NCBI GenBank assembly: GCA_951406725.2
Contig: OX597819.1
Span: forward strand, 81,406,001-81,470,000
Length of the DNA: 64,000 nucleotides
Direction of reading: 5' to 3'
DNA from: Octopus vulgaris
Lineage: Eukaryota
Shown here: positions 1 to 13,172 of the stretch, piece after piece
Numbering within the stretch: position 1 is the stretch's first letter
Layout: every line of letters begins with the position of its first letter
Program-made: the position numbers and the translations under genes
Notes under the pieces: model-generated
Database searches by the model: none
What the model was told of the DNA's origin: nothing
Seen by the model: only the letters and a program-made list of their open reading frames with translations

Positions 1-24
1 TGTTCGTCTTGAGGCTGATAGGGG

Positions 25-123
25 TTCCTTGTATTTCCTGATGAGAAGACGGAATAATACAACCTTCATTCCTTCGGAATTAAGAGTATGCAGTCTTCGA
101 AACATATGTCGAAAGTAAAGGAA
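25..123 (+). ncRNA. Minimal type I hammerhead ribozyme motif
   Basis: CTGATGA 38-44; stem II GAAGAC(45-50)/GTCTTC(93-98); GAAA 99-102; palindromic stem III A-CATATG-T; GTC cleavage triplet ending at 110; stem I TTTC/GAAA plus TTCCTT/AAGGAA. Confidence 0.8.
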
Positions 124-310
124 TTTTGTTAAAATCTTCGTTCAACTCCATTCTTTTCATTTATTCATATAAAAAAACACAAATTTCCACACACGAACAC
201 GGGGTTCGGCCCTTGGCATGTAACTTCAACCGTGTTTTACTGACGTGAATTTGCTACCCAGGTATCGATTAACCGAATTATCAATACTAGGATAATTCAT
301 TCATCTACTT

Positions 311-312
<2 letters not shown>
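124..312 (+). mobile_element. 3' tail of the HHR-bearing (Penelope-like/retrozyme) element, running into (TA)n
   Basis: Follows the HHR and ends at (TA)n at about 314. A diverged reverse-complement copy lies at about 59098-59280 (shared CTTCAACCGTGTTTT, TGACGTGAATTTGCTACCC, TAGGATAATTCA). Confidence 0.6.
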
Positions 313-364
<52 letters not shown>

Positions 365-365
<1 letters not shown>

Positions 366-566
366 TAGACTAGACTACCCGTGATCCGTTGTGTCACTAA
401 TAGTTCAAGGTACAAAAAAAAACTACGTATCTCGGGAACCCATGGTCCGATTTACGCGAAACTTATTTTATTCGTTTGTACTCCTATTTTTCAGAGTATT
501 TTCCCGCTATGCGCCGGTTTGGCTGTATTAAATTACAGACAAGCATGCAAGCAAGCAATCACAGAC

Positions 567-580
<14 letters not shown>
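365..580 (-). mobile_element. Non-autonomous Helitron-like element
   Basis: On the minus strand it ends in a GTGA..TCAC hairpin followed by CTAG|T. Homologous in reverse to 44461-44914. Confidence 0.55.
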
Positions 581-649
<69 letters not shown>

Positions 650-794
650 GAAGGAGGGAGAGAGAGAAAGAGGGAGGTGAGAGAGATACTTGCAGATATA
701 GCTGGTAGTTCAAAACAACTCTAGTGCAGTAAAAATCAAAATGCATTTTAATAAAAATATTTATATCGCATGCTTTCGATAATCTTTCTTAAGA

Positions 795-1190
795 TTATTT
801 TATGAACTCGTCTTTATCTTCCATGGGTCCTTCGATGTGGAACGGCAATTGTTGACATGCCTTCACTAAATTGTCCTTATACACTTCGGACATTATCTGG
901 ATATCGGTGGTCTTCAGTGAAGGCTGTCGATTAATCTCCCTTTCAGCGACGCTCTTAAGATTTAGTCCATGGGATTTAAATCTTACGAGTTTGGAGGCCA
1001 CACGTTTGGTATTATATTATAGCAAAGATTGTTTGACATTCATTCTTGGGTTATGTGAGCCTTGTGAGAAAGTGTTGAGTGTTGAAACCCGTATAGCTTT
1101 CTACTGCGCACTTCATCTAACTAGCTTTAAAACTATCTTCAGCCTCTCAAAGCATCCAGCAGAATTCATTGAAAGACCTCGTGGATAGCC
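795..1190 (-). pseudogene. Degenerate Tc1/mariner (DD37D/maT-like) transposase C-terminal fragment
   Basis: Minus strand reads WPPNS*DLNPMD (about 1000-965), then after a frameshift SVAEREINRQP..DNLVKACQQ..DEFIK*. Colinear with the fossil at 38.8-39.2 kb. Confidence 0.75.
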
Positions 1191-2311
1191 CTCTTTACTC
1201 TGAAAACCATTCTACTTAATTTGATCTGTCTTTTATTTTTTACTGGTTCAGTCATTGAACTGCGGCCAAACTGGGGTTCTGCTTTGACCTACTAAGTCGA
1301 ACAAATAAACCCCAGTTTTAATTTTGTTTTAGTCGCGCACTAATTTTTCTTTTTTAAAGTCTGGTACTCATTCTGTTGGCCTCTTTTGCCGAACCGCTAA
1401 GTTATTATCTATTGATCATTTTCCATTCTTTTCTTTGAAGCATTGCATTGTTTTCCGTTTTGTGTTCTAAAAAATTGTTACTAGAACATGACTTATGATT
1501 ATTCTGCCGGATTTGATCGATATCTGGTTCTAGAATATATTTGGCGTTTACTCTTTTGGAAGCATTCAGATCAAACTCAATTTGAATGTAAAGTAGTATT
1601 TTCTTCCATGCTGCTTCCAGATGCACCTTCCTCTAAATTGAGTTATTGATTGTGAGAAACTATCGAATGAAAGGTTTACTAGCGGATGTCCTATACCTGA
1701 TAGTATAAACCGTAGATAACGCTTTAGTAGGCTGCCCTATCTATTGGTGCATAATTATATATGTTTCTCGCTTGCTACATAAGCTGTACCCAACCGAAAC
1801 GAAAACTGATATCAAGAAGATCACTCAATTCATTGATTTCCAGTTGAACCAATCAGAAAAAAAATGATGTATTATTAGTAACATCCCATGAGCTTCTGTT
1901 TCTTCATTTCTTCTCCCAAGAGAACATTCTCTTATAACATTGTTTCAATACTTTCACAGCAAATAGAAATATCTCGGCTGGACAATTTTCTTTGATATAC
2001 ACAATCGCCCATTGAATTCGCACCAACTTCGATTTCATTTATTACCTTCTTGCAACACATAAATCTCATATATTATCTCTCTAAGAAACATCATTGTTTC
2101 GACCTCTATTTATAACTCATCTCTCTTGTCCGGATTATCCACTATATTCCGACATCGCGGCCATAATCTCCAAGTACAAAACATCTCTAGTGAAGTTAAC
2201 CCAATAAAAAGATAGATTTTGACTGTGACCCCATCATCATCCTGTAACAGTGTAATTCAAGCTAACTCTTGTCCTTACTAAACACTTCAACCCCTCCTCT
2301 CTCTGTCTCTG

Positions 2312-2370
<59 letters not shown>

Positions 2371-2474
2371 ATGTGTGTACGTCTATAGTTATGGTATATT
2401 CCTTTAAGAACGTAGTAGAATACAGTATAAAACTTATCCATTTTCAGAATAACCCTGTGCTATCCAGTAGTAGT

Positions 2475-2510
<36 letters not shown>

Positions 2511-2970
2511 GGTTGTAGTAGTAATTGTAGTAGTAGTAGTAGTAGTAGTAGTAGTATACATACTTCCAAGTTTGCGTTTGGGCATTCGTCGTGTGTGAAT
2601 ATAAAATTAAAGAAATTGGAGTCAACAAGATGGGATACGGTTTGACGTCCAACCGTACTCCTTGTTGATTCTAATTTCTTCAATTTATATATATATATAT
2701 ATATTGTGTGTACTGTTCCGTGATGGTAAGATCAGTAAAAAGTAGTCCATCTGGTGAAAGATAAATATTGTTTAATAAACACTATATATGTATGTGTGTG
2801 TGTGTGTGTGTGTGTATTATCATCAAAACCTTTTCCATTTATTTGATGACATTTATTCGACTTCGTCTAATAAACTGATTCTTCTAATAATTTTTATGTA
2901 TATATATATATATATATTCATTTATGTATGTATGTATGTATGTATGTATGTATGTATGTATGTATATATA

Positions 2971-3183
2971 TAACGGGAAGCTTTATGAAAATAAACAAAA
3001 GACGAAAGCAGGTGGAGTACAAACAAACAATTGTATTAGTATGGCGCTCAGGAATATAAATAAAACAAGTCTTTTACGTTTCGAGCCTACGCTCTTCAAC
3101 AGAAAGATACACAGAAAAGAAACACGAGAGAAACAAGGAGAGACAAAAAAATGCGTGCAGAAGCTAGCGATTCAACATGGCGA
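2971..3183 (-). mobile_element. ~210-bp (TA)n-flanked element carrying a variant hammerhead (3070-3107)
   Basis: Close inverted copy at 12953-13175; diverged copies near 20935-21015 and 34800-34975. Minus strand reads TCTTT CTGTTGA A GAGC GTAG GCTC GAAA CG TA AAAGA. Confidence 0.7.
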
Positions 3184-3195
3184 TATATATGTATG

Positions 3196-3254
<59 letters not shown>

Positions 3255-3286
3255 GTGTGTGTGCGTGTGTGTGTATATATACGTAT

Positions 3287-3321
<35 letters not shown>

Positions 3322-3395
3322 CGCATGTATATATGTATGTATATATATATGTATGTATGTGTATATATATATATATGTATATATATGTATGTATA

Positions 3396-3426
<31 letters not shown>

Positions 3427-3837
3427 TTCTCTACTATATATATACGTTTGTATGTATGTATTCATTTATCCCTCTGTCTGTGTATCTATCTATATATCTA
3501 TTTATCTACCTACCTCCCTACCTATCTGTGGTTATCTACTACAGTCAATGGATAACGTGTGTTCCATCCTCAAAAGAAGAAACCTCTCCAACCCTGTCAA
3601 GTATCAACCTATTGCCCCAAATTCCAATCTCTCGAAAATGGTTAACAGTTAGAAATATCCTTTCTAACATAAATAATCTTTATTTTTGATAGTGAATTTG
3701 TAAGCAAGTTCTAAACTTTTATGAAGGTGAACATTTGGTAACAAAAACATCACGATTTCAACCGTTTCACTACTACTACTACTGCTGCTGCTGCCACTAC
3801 TACTATCACTACTACTGTTGCTGTTGTTATTGTTGTT

Positions 3838-4051
3838 GAGGTGGCGATCCGGTAGAATCGTTACTGCGCCGGACAAAATGCTTAGCGGTATTTCGTCTAT
3901 CTATACGTTCTGAGTTCAAATTCCGCCGAGGTCGACTTTACCTTCTATCATTTTGAGGTCGATAAAATAAGTGCCACTTAAGCACTGGGGTTAATTTAAT
4001 TGACTTACCCAACCCCTAAAATTGCTGGCCTTGTGTCAAAATGTGAAATCA
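3838..4051 (+). mobile_element. tRNA-related SINE, family B
   Basis: GGTAGAATCGTTA head, GAGTTCAAATTCC B-box-like motif, conserved GAGGTCGACTTT..GGTCGATAAAATAAGT core, (TTA)n tail. Copies at 4758-4975, 8795-9003, 9024-9160, 9186-9315, 15463-15655(-), 19509-19695(-), 51012-51190(-), 57615-57715. Confidence 0.75.
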
Positions 4052-4249
4052 TTATTATTATTATTGGCTTGACTCAGGTCCGTTGTTATTCCCAGTAGAA
4101 TTTATCTAGATACCGGGTTACTATCTGTAACTTTAGGTATCCACAAGCTTTGTATAGTCTTTCAAGTGCTTAAAACCTTTCCTGACCCCAGAGGCGGACT
4201 TTCTACTATTATTACTTAAAAAAAATTTTTTTTTTTTAATTTTTATTGA

Positions 4250-4745
4250 GTAGTGCATGCCATCAAAGTGACACTGGGGTAAAATATACGAAGCCCAATA
4301 TACCCATCATGATTAGCCGTCTGATAAGGGTACACCAGGCATATGAATCACAGCCATATGTGCGCGACATAGTGATCTCATATCAAGATAAACAGCACAT
4401 GACCTTGCCGGTGGGGCCCAGTTAGAATTTTCTTCTGGTCGAGTAATCCATCCCGCTCAAAAGGTCCCTGAATAAGGACTATTTAAGGATGTTGAACGAA
4501 ACACCCATGTTTCCAGAGGTGAATTATTCAAACCCCAAAGAATCACTCTCAACACACGGCTATGATGCTCCCCCACTACTTCTGCTCGTGGTCAGAGATA
4601 CACATATTGTCAGCCACTAAGGGACATGCTCAACTGGATATGGTCAAACAAATTACAAACAAATCTGTGGTATTGAACAGAATATTTGCTGTAGTCCATC
4701 TTTTATACCAAGACAAAACAATGTACATGATAACACTTCCAACCA
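4250..4745. repeat. Interspersed repeat family (unclassified)
   Basis: About 4400-4745 aligns by eye with about 8435-8790 (TTAGAATTTT, CCCTGAATAAG, AGAGGTGAATTAT, CCCCACTACT, CCACTAAGGGACATG, CAGAATATTTG). Confidence 0.7.
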
Positions 4746-4757
4746 TATTATTATTAA

Positions 4758-4975
4758 TGAGGCGGTGATCAAGCAGAACCGTTAAGATACCAGACAAACT
4801 GCTTAACGGCATTTCTTCTAGCTTTACGTTCTAAGTTCAAATTCCACCCGCGGTCGACTTTGCCTTTCGACCTTTTGGAATTGTTAAAATAAGTACCAGT
4901 TGAGTATTAGGGTCGATTTAATCAACCATTTCCCTTCCCTAAAATTTCAGAACTTGTGCCTATAGCAGAAAAGAT
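4758..4975 (+). mobile_element. SINE family B copy
   Basis: Same head, core and tail as 3838-4051. Confidence 0.7.
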
Positions 4976-5257
4976 TATTATTATTCTGTATGGTCAAATG
5001 CATTTTCAGAGAAGCTCATGCTTGATATTTTGTTTGTTGCTAACATTTCTGCGCTGTTCCTCATAGAATTCCTGTATAGTTATAGGTAAACGTGTTTTTG
5101 GCAAGAGTATATTATTTTTTCTTACTTTGATCATTCTTATTTGAACACCAAATGTCTTGCAGTAAAGAATATTTTTTCAATGTTATTTCTTTAAAGTTTA
5201 TTTACAAAGTTATTGATCGGTCATCACACATATCTGTGGTTTTAATCCTAATATTTT

Positions 5258-5550
5258 GCGTGGCTTAGTGGTTAAGGTATTCAGCTCGCAATAAGGTCGT
5301 GAATTCGATTCCTGGCGGTGCATATTGTTCTTGAGCGTGACACTTTTATTTCATGTTGCTCCAGTACACTGAGCTGGAAAAAATGAGTACTATCTGTAAT
5401 TCATAGGATCAACCTTTTCACAATCTGTGTTACGCTAAATCTCCCGGAGAAATATGTGTCTGCAGAGTGCTCAGCCACTTGCACATTAATTTCACGAGCA
5501 AACTGTTCCGGAACAATTTTCTTCGTAACCGATGGAGTGCCAGTTTTTGT
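5258..5550 (+). mobile_element. tRNA-derived SINE, family C
   Basis: A-box TGGCTTAGTGG, B-box-like ATTCGATTCC, then CTTGAGC..GACACTT. A related degenerate copy lies at about 40830-41090. Confidence 0.6.
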
Positions 5551-5652
5551 CTTAATCATATTTATTGCCTTACTTCTGATTTTTTATCTTAATCCTAGTT
5601 ATTGTCTTAATCATGGAAATTGTCTTAATCTTAGCTATTGATTTAATCATAG

Positions 5653-6147
<495 letters not shown>

Positions 6148-6185
6148 AGTTACTAACTTTACTTAATTTTACTAAATAGTAGTTA

Positions 6186-6659
6186 CTAGCGTGATCCGTG
6201 AATATTTCACGGAATTAATGGTAAACTTATTGCGTTATATTTGAAAACTTTATCCAGAAATTCTGAATGTATACCTGAGTTGTGTCTGTATCAAAAGATA
6301 GTCGTTCATCTGCTAATCATTGAAAAGTGAAGAAAGTTGGAATACGATGATTACTTAATCAACTTTATATATACACTTTATATACTTTATGCACAATTTT
6401 ATAGACTTAATACACAACATTCACCCTCTTTCTCACTCTTTGCCATACTCTCCTCTCTCTCCTTTTTCTTATGCTCTTCGCCTTTCCCTTCAACTAATCA
6501 CGTGAAAGCATTACAAACGGTTTAAGTAACGGAGAAAAATAACTTGGTTAAAAAAGTTATACATTTCATTCATCCCCACATCCTCCCACTTTCAGCTAAT
6601 CACGTGGAAGCGTTACGGACAGGCTAAGTAACGGACTGACAAGCAGAATTATTATAAGA
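6186..6659 (-). mobile_element. Non-autonomous Helitron
   Basis: On the minus strand it starts A|TC (6659) and ends with hairpin CCGTGAA-ATA-TTCACGG (6196-6212) then CTAG|T: canonical Helitron termini inserted in an AT dinucleotide. Confidence 0.75.
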
Positions 6660-8084
6660 TTATCGTAAGGTGTAACTGAATCTGTACTTGTACAGGATTT
6701 ATGGGAAATATCTATATGGTTGTTGTAGATCTTGTTATTTAACCTAGCTCAATCTTGATTAAGCTACCTTATGATCAAACGCATTACAAATCACAATTTA
6801 ATAAAGCTTACTTGAGCCAATGTGTAATGGAATTAATGAATTTGTAGAGGCAATGTTTGTTGAAGTTAATTCCTTGATGGAGGAATTAGTTTTGCACAGC
6901 AATTATGGCGGTGGAACTTATAAGCTTTATAAAAAGGACTTGTATTATTGTTATGCGATAAAGAACCCATCCTTTATCAAAAATTTAGGATGTATTGTAC
7001 CAGAAAATCTGCAAAATTTCTGTGGTTCTAAACATACTTGCAGAATCGAACTATTTTGTAGTGTAGCAGAACAATTTGGTAACAATTCTTTTATTTGAGA
7101 AAAGAGAAAAAGCAAAAACAAAAAACAAAAAGAAAGAAACTCAATAATACTAGTAGTAAACAGCAGAGAAATTGTGTTTTGTTATTTAATTTCAAAAAGA
7201 GACTCTTACATTGATATATCATAAATTTATTTTAGTATTTTTAGATTGTGTTTTGTTGTGCACATCATTTCGTTAATTCTTTATCTCGTTATTCTTTTTA
7301 TTTCGATGTTCTTTCATTTCATTATTCTTATAATAGTAATCGTCGATGCCACTGATCCTGTTTTCTTTCAATAGAAGTCAAGCAAAATTGGCCGGAAGGC
7401 AAACACCAACTCAGCTTGTTTTAAATAATGTTCTTTGGATTCCATTGTATCATTGTGCCTGTACCATGGGGGTTTTGCCGAGATTTCTTAGAGACAATTC
7501 TTTACTGAGATTACAATACTGGCCTCAGGTATTACTATTGAGCAGAGACATTTCATGTCGGTTGTCACAAAGCCTCTTTGGATGATCCAAGATTACAATA
7601 TAGCTTCAGGTTGTTTCAAAAACTATAGACAAACAGACAAATAAAAGAAAAGTTTGAATTTGCATATCAAAGCACAACAAACAACAAAATAATGACGAAA
7701 GACATAAATGAAGAAATAGAATATTCTTGCTATTATTTCATTCGTTGATAGCGATGATAACAGAGATTGTTATAGCAGTTCTAGTGCTGTTGGTGGCTTG
7801 TTTTTCTATTCGCCCTCCTCTGTCATTTTCCTGATGTATCTGTGTTTGAAAATCACAGATATTCTTTTTCCCCTGCTTTTAATTTTCTGAGTCGTCTTCC
7901 TCTTCAATTATATAACTATGATTCTCACAAGTTAATATAATCCTCCTTCCAAACTATTTTTCTTTCTCAATCAATTACCTTTCCTAACACACACACGCAT
8001 TCACAATGTGTGTGTGTGTCATTAATATTCAACAGAATCAACAGTGACTCAAGGGCCGAGTGTTTCGTACGTTCGCACTTATCA

Positions 8085-8142
<58 letters not shown>

Positions 8143-8279
8143 TTACACTACTAAAGGAATAGAGATTTTAATTCAATGTAGGAACCTTATAATTACCCTG
8201 TTAAAACCCAGGCTTGGCTAACCATATTGAATATTAGAAAACACACACAAACACATGCACGCACATATATATACATATA

Positions 8280-8353
8280 TGATGAGCGTAGGGTTATATA
8301 ATTGGATTGTTATCTAACACACTGTTGCACCCCTAGCGCGAAACCGATTGGTA
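8280..8353 (+). ncRNA. 5'-truncated hammerhead motif
   Basis: TGATGA 8280-8285 fused to (TA)n, so C3 and stem I are lost; stem II GCG-TAGGG/CCCTA-G-CGC; GAAA 8340-8343; stem III A-CC-GATT-GG-T; GTA triplet. Confidence 0.6.
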
Positions 8354-8434
8354 AGATCAACCGTGATGGTTATATTATACTGTGCACTTCGGATAATATA
8401 CCCACTCTATTGACAGATATACGAGTGCATCTTT

Positions 8435-8790
8435 TTCCTGACTTATGGACCTTTAGCTGACTTTCAGATAGGAGCTCAATTAGAATTTTTTCTTCGAGTC
8501 TAGTAGCCCACCAGCTCAAAAGTTCCCTGAATAAGTGTTGTTGAGGCTGATGAACGAAGCACCCATTTTCGAGAGGTGAATTATCCAAACCACAAAGAAT
8601 CCCTCTCAAATATGGCTATGATACTTCCCCACTACTCCTGCTCTAGATCAGAAATGCACATATCGTCAACCACTAAGGGACATGTTCAACTGGTTAAAGC
8701 CAAGCAAATGAGCAGGAAATCTGTAGTATTGAGCAGAATATTTGTTGCAGCCAATCTTTTATACAATGACAAAACATCTACATTATAACA
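8435..8790. repeat. Second copy of the 4250-4745 repeat
   Basis: Colinear similarity; the supplied ORFs 4562-4768 and 8576-8788 give homologous translations. Confidence 0.7.
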
Positions 8791-10062
8791 ATTAAGACGG
8801 GTAGCTAGTTGAATCGTTAGCACACTGGGCAAAATTCTAAGAAGCACTTTGTCTGTGTTTGCGTTATGAGTCGCCGAGGTCCACTTTGCCATTCATCATT
8901 TCGGGTCGATAAAATAAGTATCAGTTTAGCATGGGGTTCGATGTAATCGACATGCCCGCTCCCCTAAAATTTCAGGCCTTCTGCCTATATTATAAAGAAT
9001 TATTCATACACTACGACGGAAATGGAAATTCCGCCGAGATCAACTTTGCCTTCATCCTTCCGGGTTGAGAAAATAAAGTACCAGTTGAGTACTGAGGTCG
9101 ATGTAATATACTGACTACCCATCCCCAATTATTAGCCTTGAGCTAAAATTCGAAGCAATCATTACAATCATTTTGGGGATTTTCACATTCTGAATACAAA
9201 TTCTGCTGGGGTCAGCTTTACCTTTTATCCTTCTGTGGTCGATAAAATAAGTACCAGTTGAGCATTAGGGTTGTTAATTAACCTGCCCTTAAAATTTGAT
9301 AACTCTCCCCAAAATCTGAATAACTAATTTATGATTTATAACGTAGTTTATCCGAAAATAACCAGATTATTGAAAAGTGGATCTTCAGTATACGCCTCGA
9401 TTTTCCATGAATTGCTATTCATCCAATTAGTAACCGCTTCATAGCTTTTTCTCACCCATTAGTTTCTATCTTGGACTCTACGCCAACGCTGACTCCTGAC
9501 AACTGAGTTTGCCTACTCTAATTAAGAAATGTAATAGTATAAATCCACAGCCCTCTAAAACTGAAAGATGTTTTGTCAGCCGGCAAATGTTATTTGTTGT
9601 CTTGCAATTATTTTATGATCCTGAGGAAAGAATTCCTGTATTTAAAGTCGATCTTTAGTTATTACCTTGATCGTTGTGACCATTTGAACATATTTCCATA
9701 CTTCATTTATTTTAATGCTCATGTAATTTCAAAAAAGGGCTTAATTTCATTTCTTTCAATTTTAAAATAAGGTAAAATGTTTGACATAGCATATTTTAAT
9801 TTTCTCAAAAGAAGCAAATGTTTCTGAAATTACAATTTGTCAGAAAATACCCTTCGCCTGTCAAGAAAATTACAGAGTATAATGTAAAACTTGCAGCCGT
9901 TGAAACCTCCTGCACCTGATAAGATTGAGTATAAAATAAGTAGGAATACGACTTACATATATATATATATATATACACACACACAACTTATAAACAAGGG
10001 CAAAAGAAAAAATTCTAATGCCAAATATGCCGAAAATAGACAAATCGTCAATAACCACATAA

Positions 10063-10136
<74 letters not shown>

Positions 10137-10507
10137 ATATTAGGGAATAAATCCAAATTTACAGGGAAAAATCAGATTTAGGATCGAATCCAATTTTATA
10201 GTAAAATATATTATATTATATTATATTAGAGACAAAACCACTATTATGCAAATCAAACAAAACAGAGTATAATGTGTCAGGGTATTTTCTGACAAATTGT
10301 AATTTCAGAAACATTTGCTTCTTTTGAGAAAATTAAAATATGCTATGTCAAACATTTTACCTTATTTTAAAATTAAAAGAAATGAAATTGAGCCCTTTTT
10401 TGAAACTAGTTCATAGTTTAAAAATCGCCAAGAAGGTTTTGTAACCACCTGAAGAATGTCTCAAAGATGTGCTGACACGAAACGGGTTTTGTCTCTAATA
10501 TAATATA

Positions 10508-10540
<33 letters not shown>

Positions 10541-11176
10541 TATACGTTTATGTAGTTCTTTTACTATATTCCTGATGCGAAAACCGTGTGTTGAAGCAGA
10601 TAATGTTATATTTCAGGATAGGCATTTCCTTTATCTAAATAAACACACGTGGCATATATTCGTTATTCACTTCAGATTTATTATTGTTCTTATTTTTGTG
10701 TCCTTTCTGTTAAATCTTTCGTCACACTTCCTGTGACCTCTTCAGCAACTCTCCATTCATAGTGTCTCCTATTCTGGACGAATATATAGTACATTCTGAA
10801 ATATAAAAATCCATATGTATTCCCGCCCAACAGCTTAAACCTACAGTCATTAACAACATGCTGCATTAGAACCGTGCGAAACAGGGTTTATTTAACGAGA
10901 AATCCCTTATAACATCACCTGATGAGACACTTCTGCACCGAGGGATGCATCACAACCAGTTGTACAATATTCCACCCGCGAGGATCGATGCAGGATGGGT
11001 CAAAAGCATAGTTGTGTGAAATAAAGTTTCTCGCTTATTCCATTCTCCGTCTCAATCATTTGTAATATATATAATTAATTAATTAATTTGCGAAGGTGTC
11101 TTTAATTCTATTATTATCCAATGTAACAATTTTTAAAATGATGATAACAGAATCAATGACACAGGAATGCTATATA

Positions 11177-11221
<45 letters not shown>

Positions 11222-12031
11222 TATGTATGTATGTATGTATGCATTTACGTATGTTCATTAAGGATTATATGTTCTAAAGTATAAATATGCTCGACTCGAC
11301 ACCAAGAACTTCTCTCCTTAATCTTTCTTTATGAGCAGCTTTTAAGGCATCTTTCAATAAAATTTGTATGAAGAAAAAATTGATAAGACCAATCATAAAT
11401 GTTACTAACACGAAGTTTTATTTTTTTTTTTTCTTTTGTAATTCTAGAGGCAAAGAGTTGGGTCTGGATCATGTGACTGGAGAAGGGATGTCCGGGGTGA
11501 ATGCTCGGTAAGATTATTTCTTGTTTCCATAAATCCTTGTTATATTCGGTATCTATTTAAAGATATTACTGTTCTGAATCATTCAAGAATTAAATGAATT
11601 CGTAATAAGCGGTATTACAGTTTACAGTTTATGAAAATGTTTATTAAAGGCATTGAAAATGTTCGAAAACAATTATTGTCCAAAAATGAATTCTATCTTA
11701 TCCAGATAAATAGCTGAATTACGAACGACGAATCTTATTATTTTATAATGATTACCACATCTTTACTCTTTTGAATAACAATATTCCTATATGAAACGAT
11801 TTCTCACGGAAGCCTACCCATACGACAACACTATTATATCATTACCTTTCATCATTCGTTTGTTTCCGTCGTTTACGTCCATCCTACAGTACCACCTTCA
11901 AGAGTTCAGTGAACCAACAGACCCCAGTTATGACGATATAAACGAATCAACAACACATGACAAGCGTTGGTGGCGGAGACAGACTAAAAAACAAAGACCC
12001 TCAAAAACATTTATACAATTAATATACATAG

Positions 12032-12062
<31 letters not shown>

Positions 12063-12871
12063 GGGTGGGATGCAAAAGTAGGTATACAGTAAGTATCAGA
12101 TCAATGTCATAATACTTAATTCATTAGAATTATTAGCACATTAAATCAATTAGCCTCATTTTTTCATATTTTGTGTATCATTAATCATAAGGATACATTA
12201 ATCATTCTGTTGTGTCTGGGGAGAGTCATTTTCTTCTTGTGCCTTATAATTTAACACACTCACCGGTAAAATTTCCACTTATTTCTTATTTTTATTTTCC
12301 TAAAGCACATGCTCACACACATACATATATAAAAAAAACACACAAACGCGGACATGCAAGTACATGAATATGCAGAATACATACATTCAAGTGCACACAC
12401 ATACACACATATATACATATGCATACACACACTTATATACATACACACATGCATGCATACAGACATACATACATACATGCAGGCATGCATAGGCATATAC
12501 ACACACCCACACTCATCCACACACATGCGCACGAACAAACAAAAAGGAACGCAGTGTAAATAACAGACAGTCAAGTCTATTGAAAAGGTTGCAAGACGCA
12601 ACGAAAATTTTTGCAAAATAAAAGTGAGAAATAAGTGGAAATTTTACCGGTGTGTGTGTTAAATTATAAGACACAAAAAGAAAATGACTCTCCCCAGACA
12701 CAACAGAATATACTTCAACACACGAACTCACATAAAGAATCTTGCAATCCAAATCCAAAAACGAAACATTTATCATTACTATAATAATACTTTTATCGTA
12801 ACTTTTAATATTTTAAATAAAATGCACCACTCTGTGTGTGTATATATATATATACACACACATACATACAC

Positions 12872-12951
<80 letters not shown>

Positions 12952-12952
12952 T

Positions 12953-13172
12953 TATGAAGTCAGGACGCCATGATAGATCGTTAGTTCCTACACGCATTTT
13001 TTCTCTCCTTGTTTCTCTCCTTGTTTTTTTCTGTGTATCTTTCTGTCGAAGAGCGTAGGCTCGAAACGTAAAAGACTTTTTCTATTTCTATTCCTGAGCG
13101 CTATACTAATACATTTGTTTGTTTGTGCTCCACCTGCCTTCGTCTTTTGTTTATTTTCGTAAACTTTCCCGT

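Noticed and set aside
1405-2275. Possible coding or LINE endonuclease remnant (minus strand YVLQE-like motif)
   Set aside because: Too degraded; a single short motif is not enough to call.
2924-3689. Long ORFs of 130-240 aa here and at 21016-21718, 43126-43670 and 57197-57696
   Set aside because: Translations of (TA)n, (TG)n and (TATG)n microsatellites, which lack stop codons; no coding signal.
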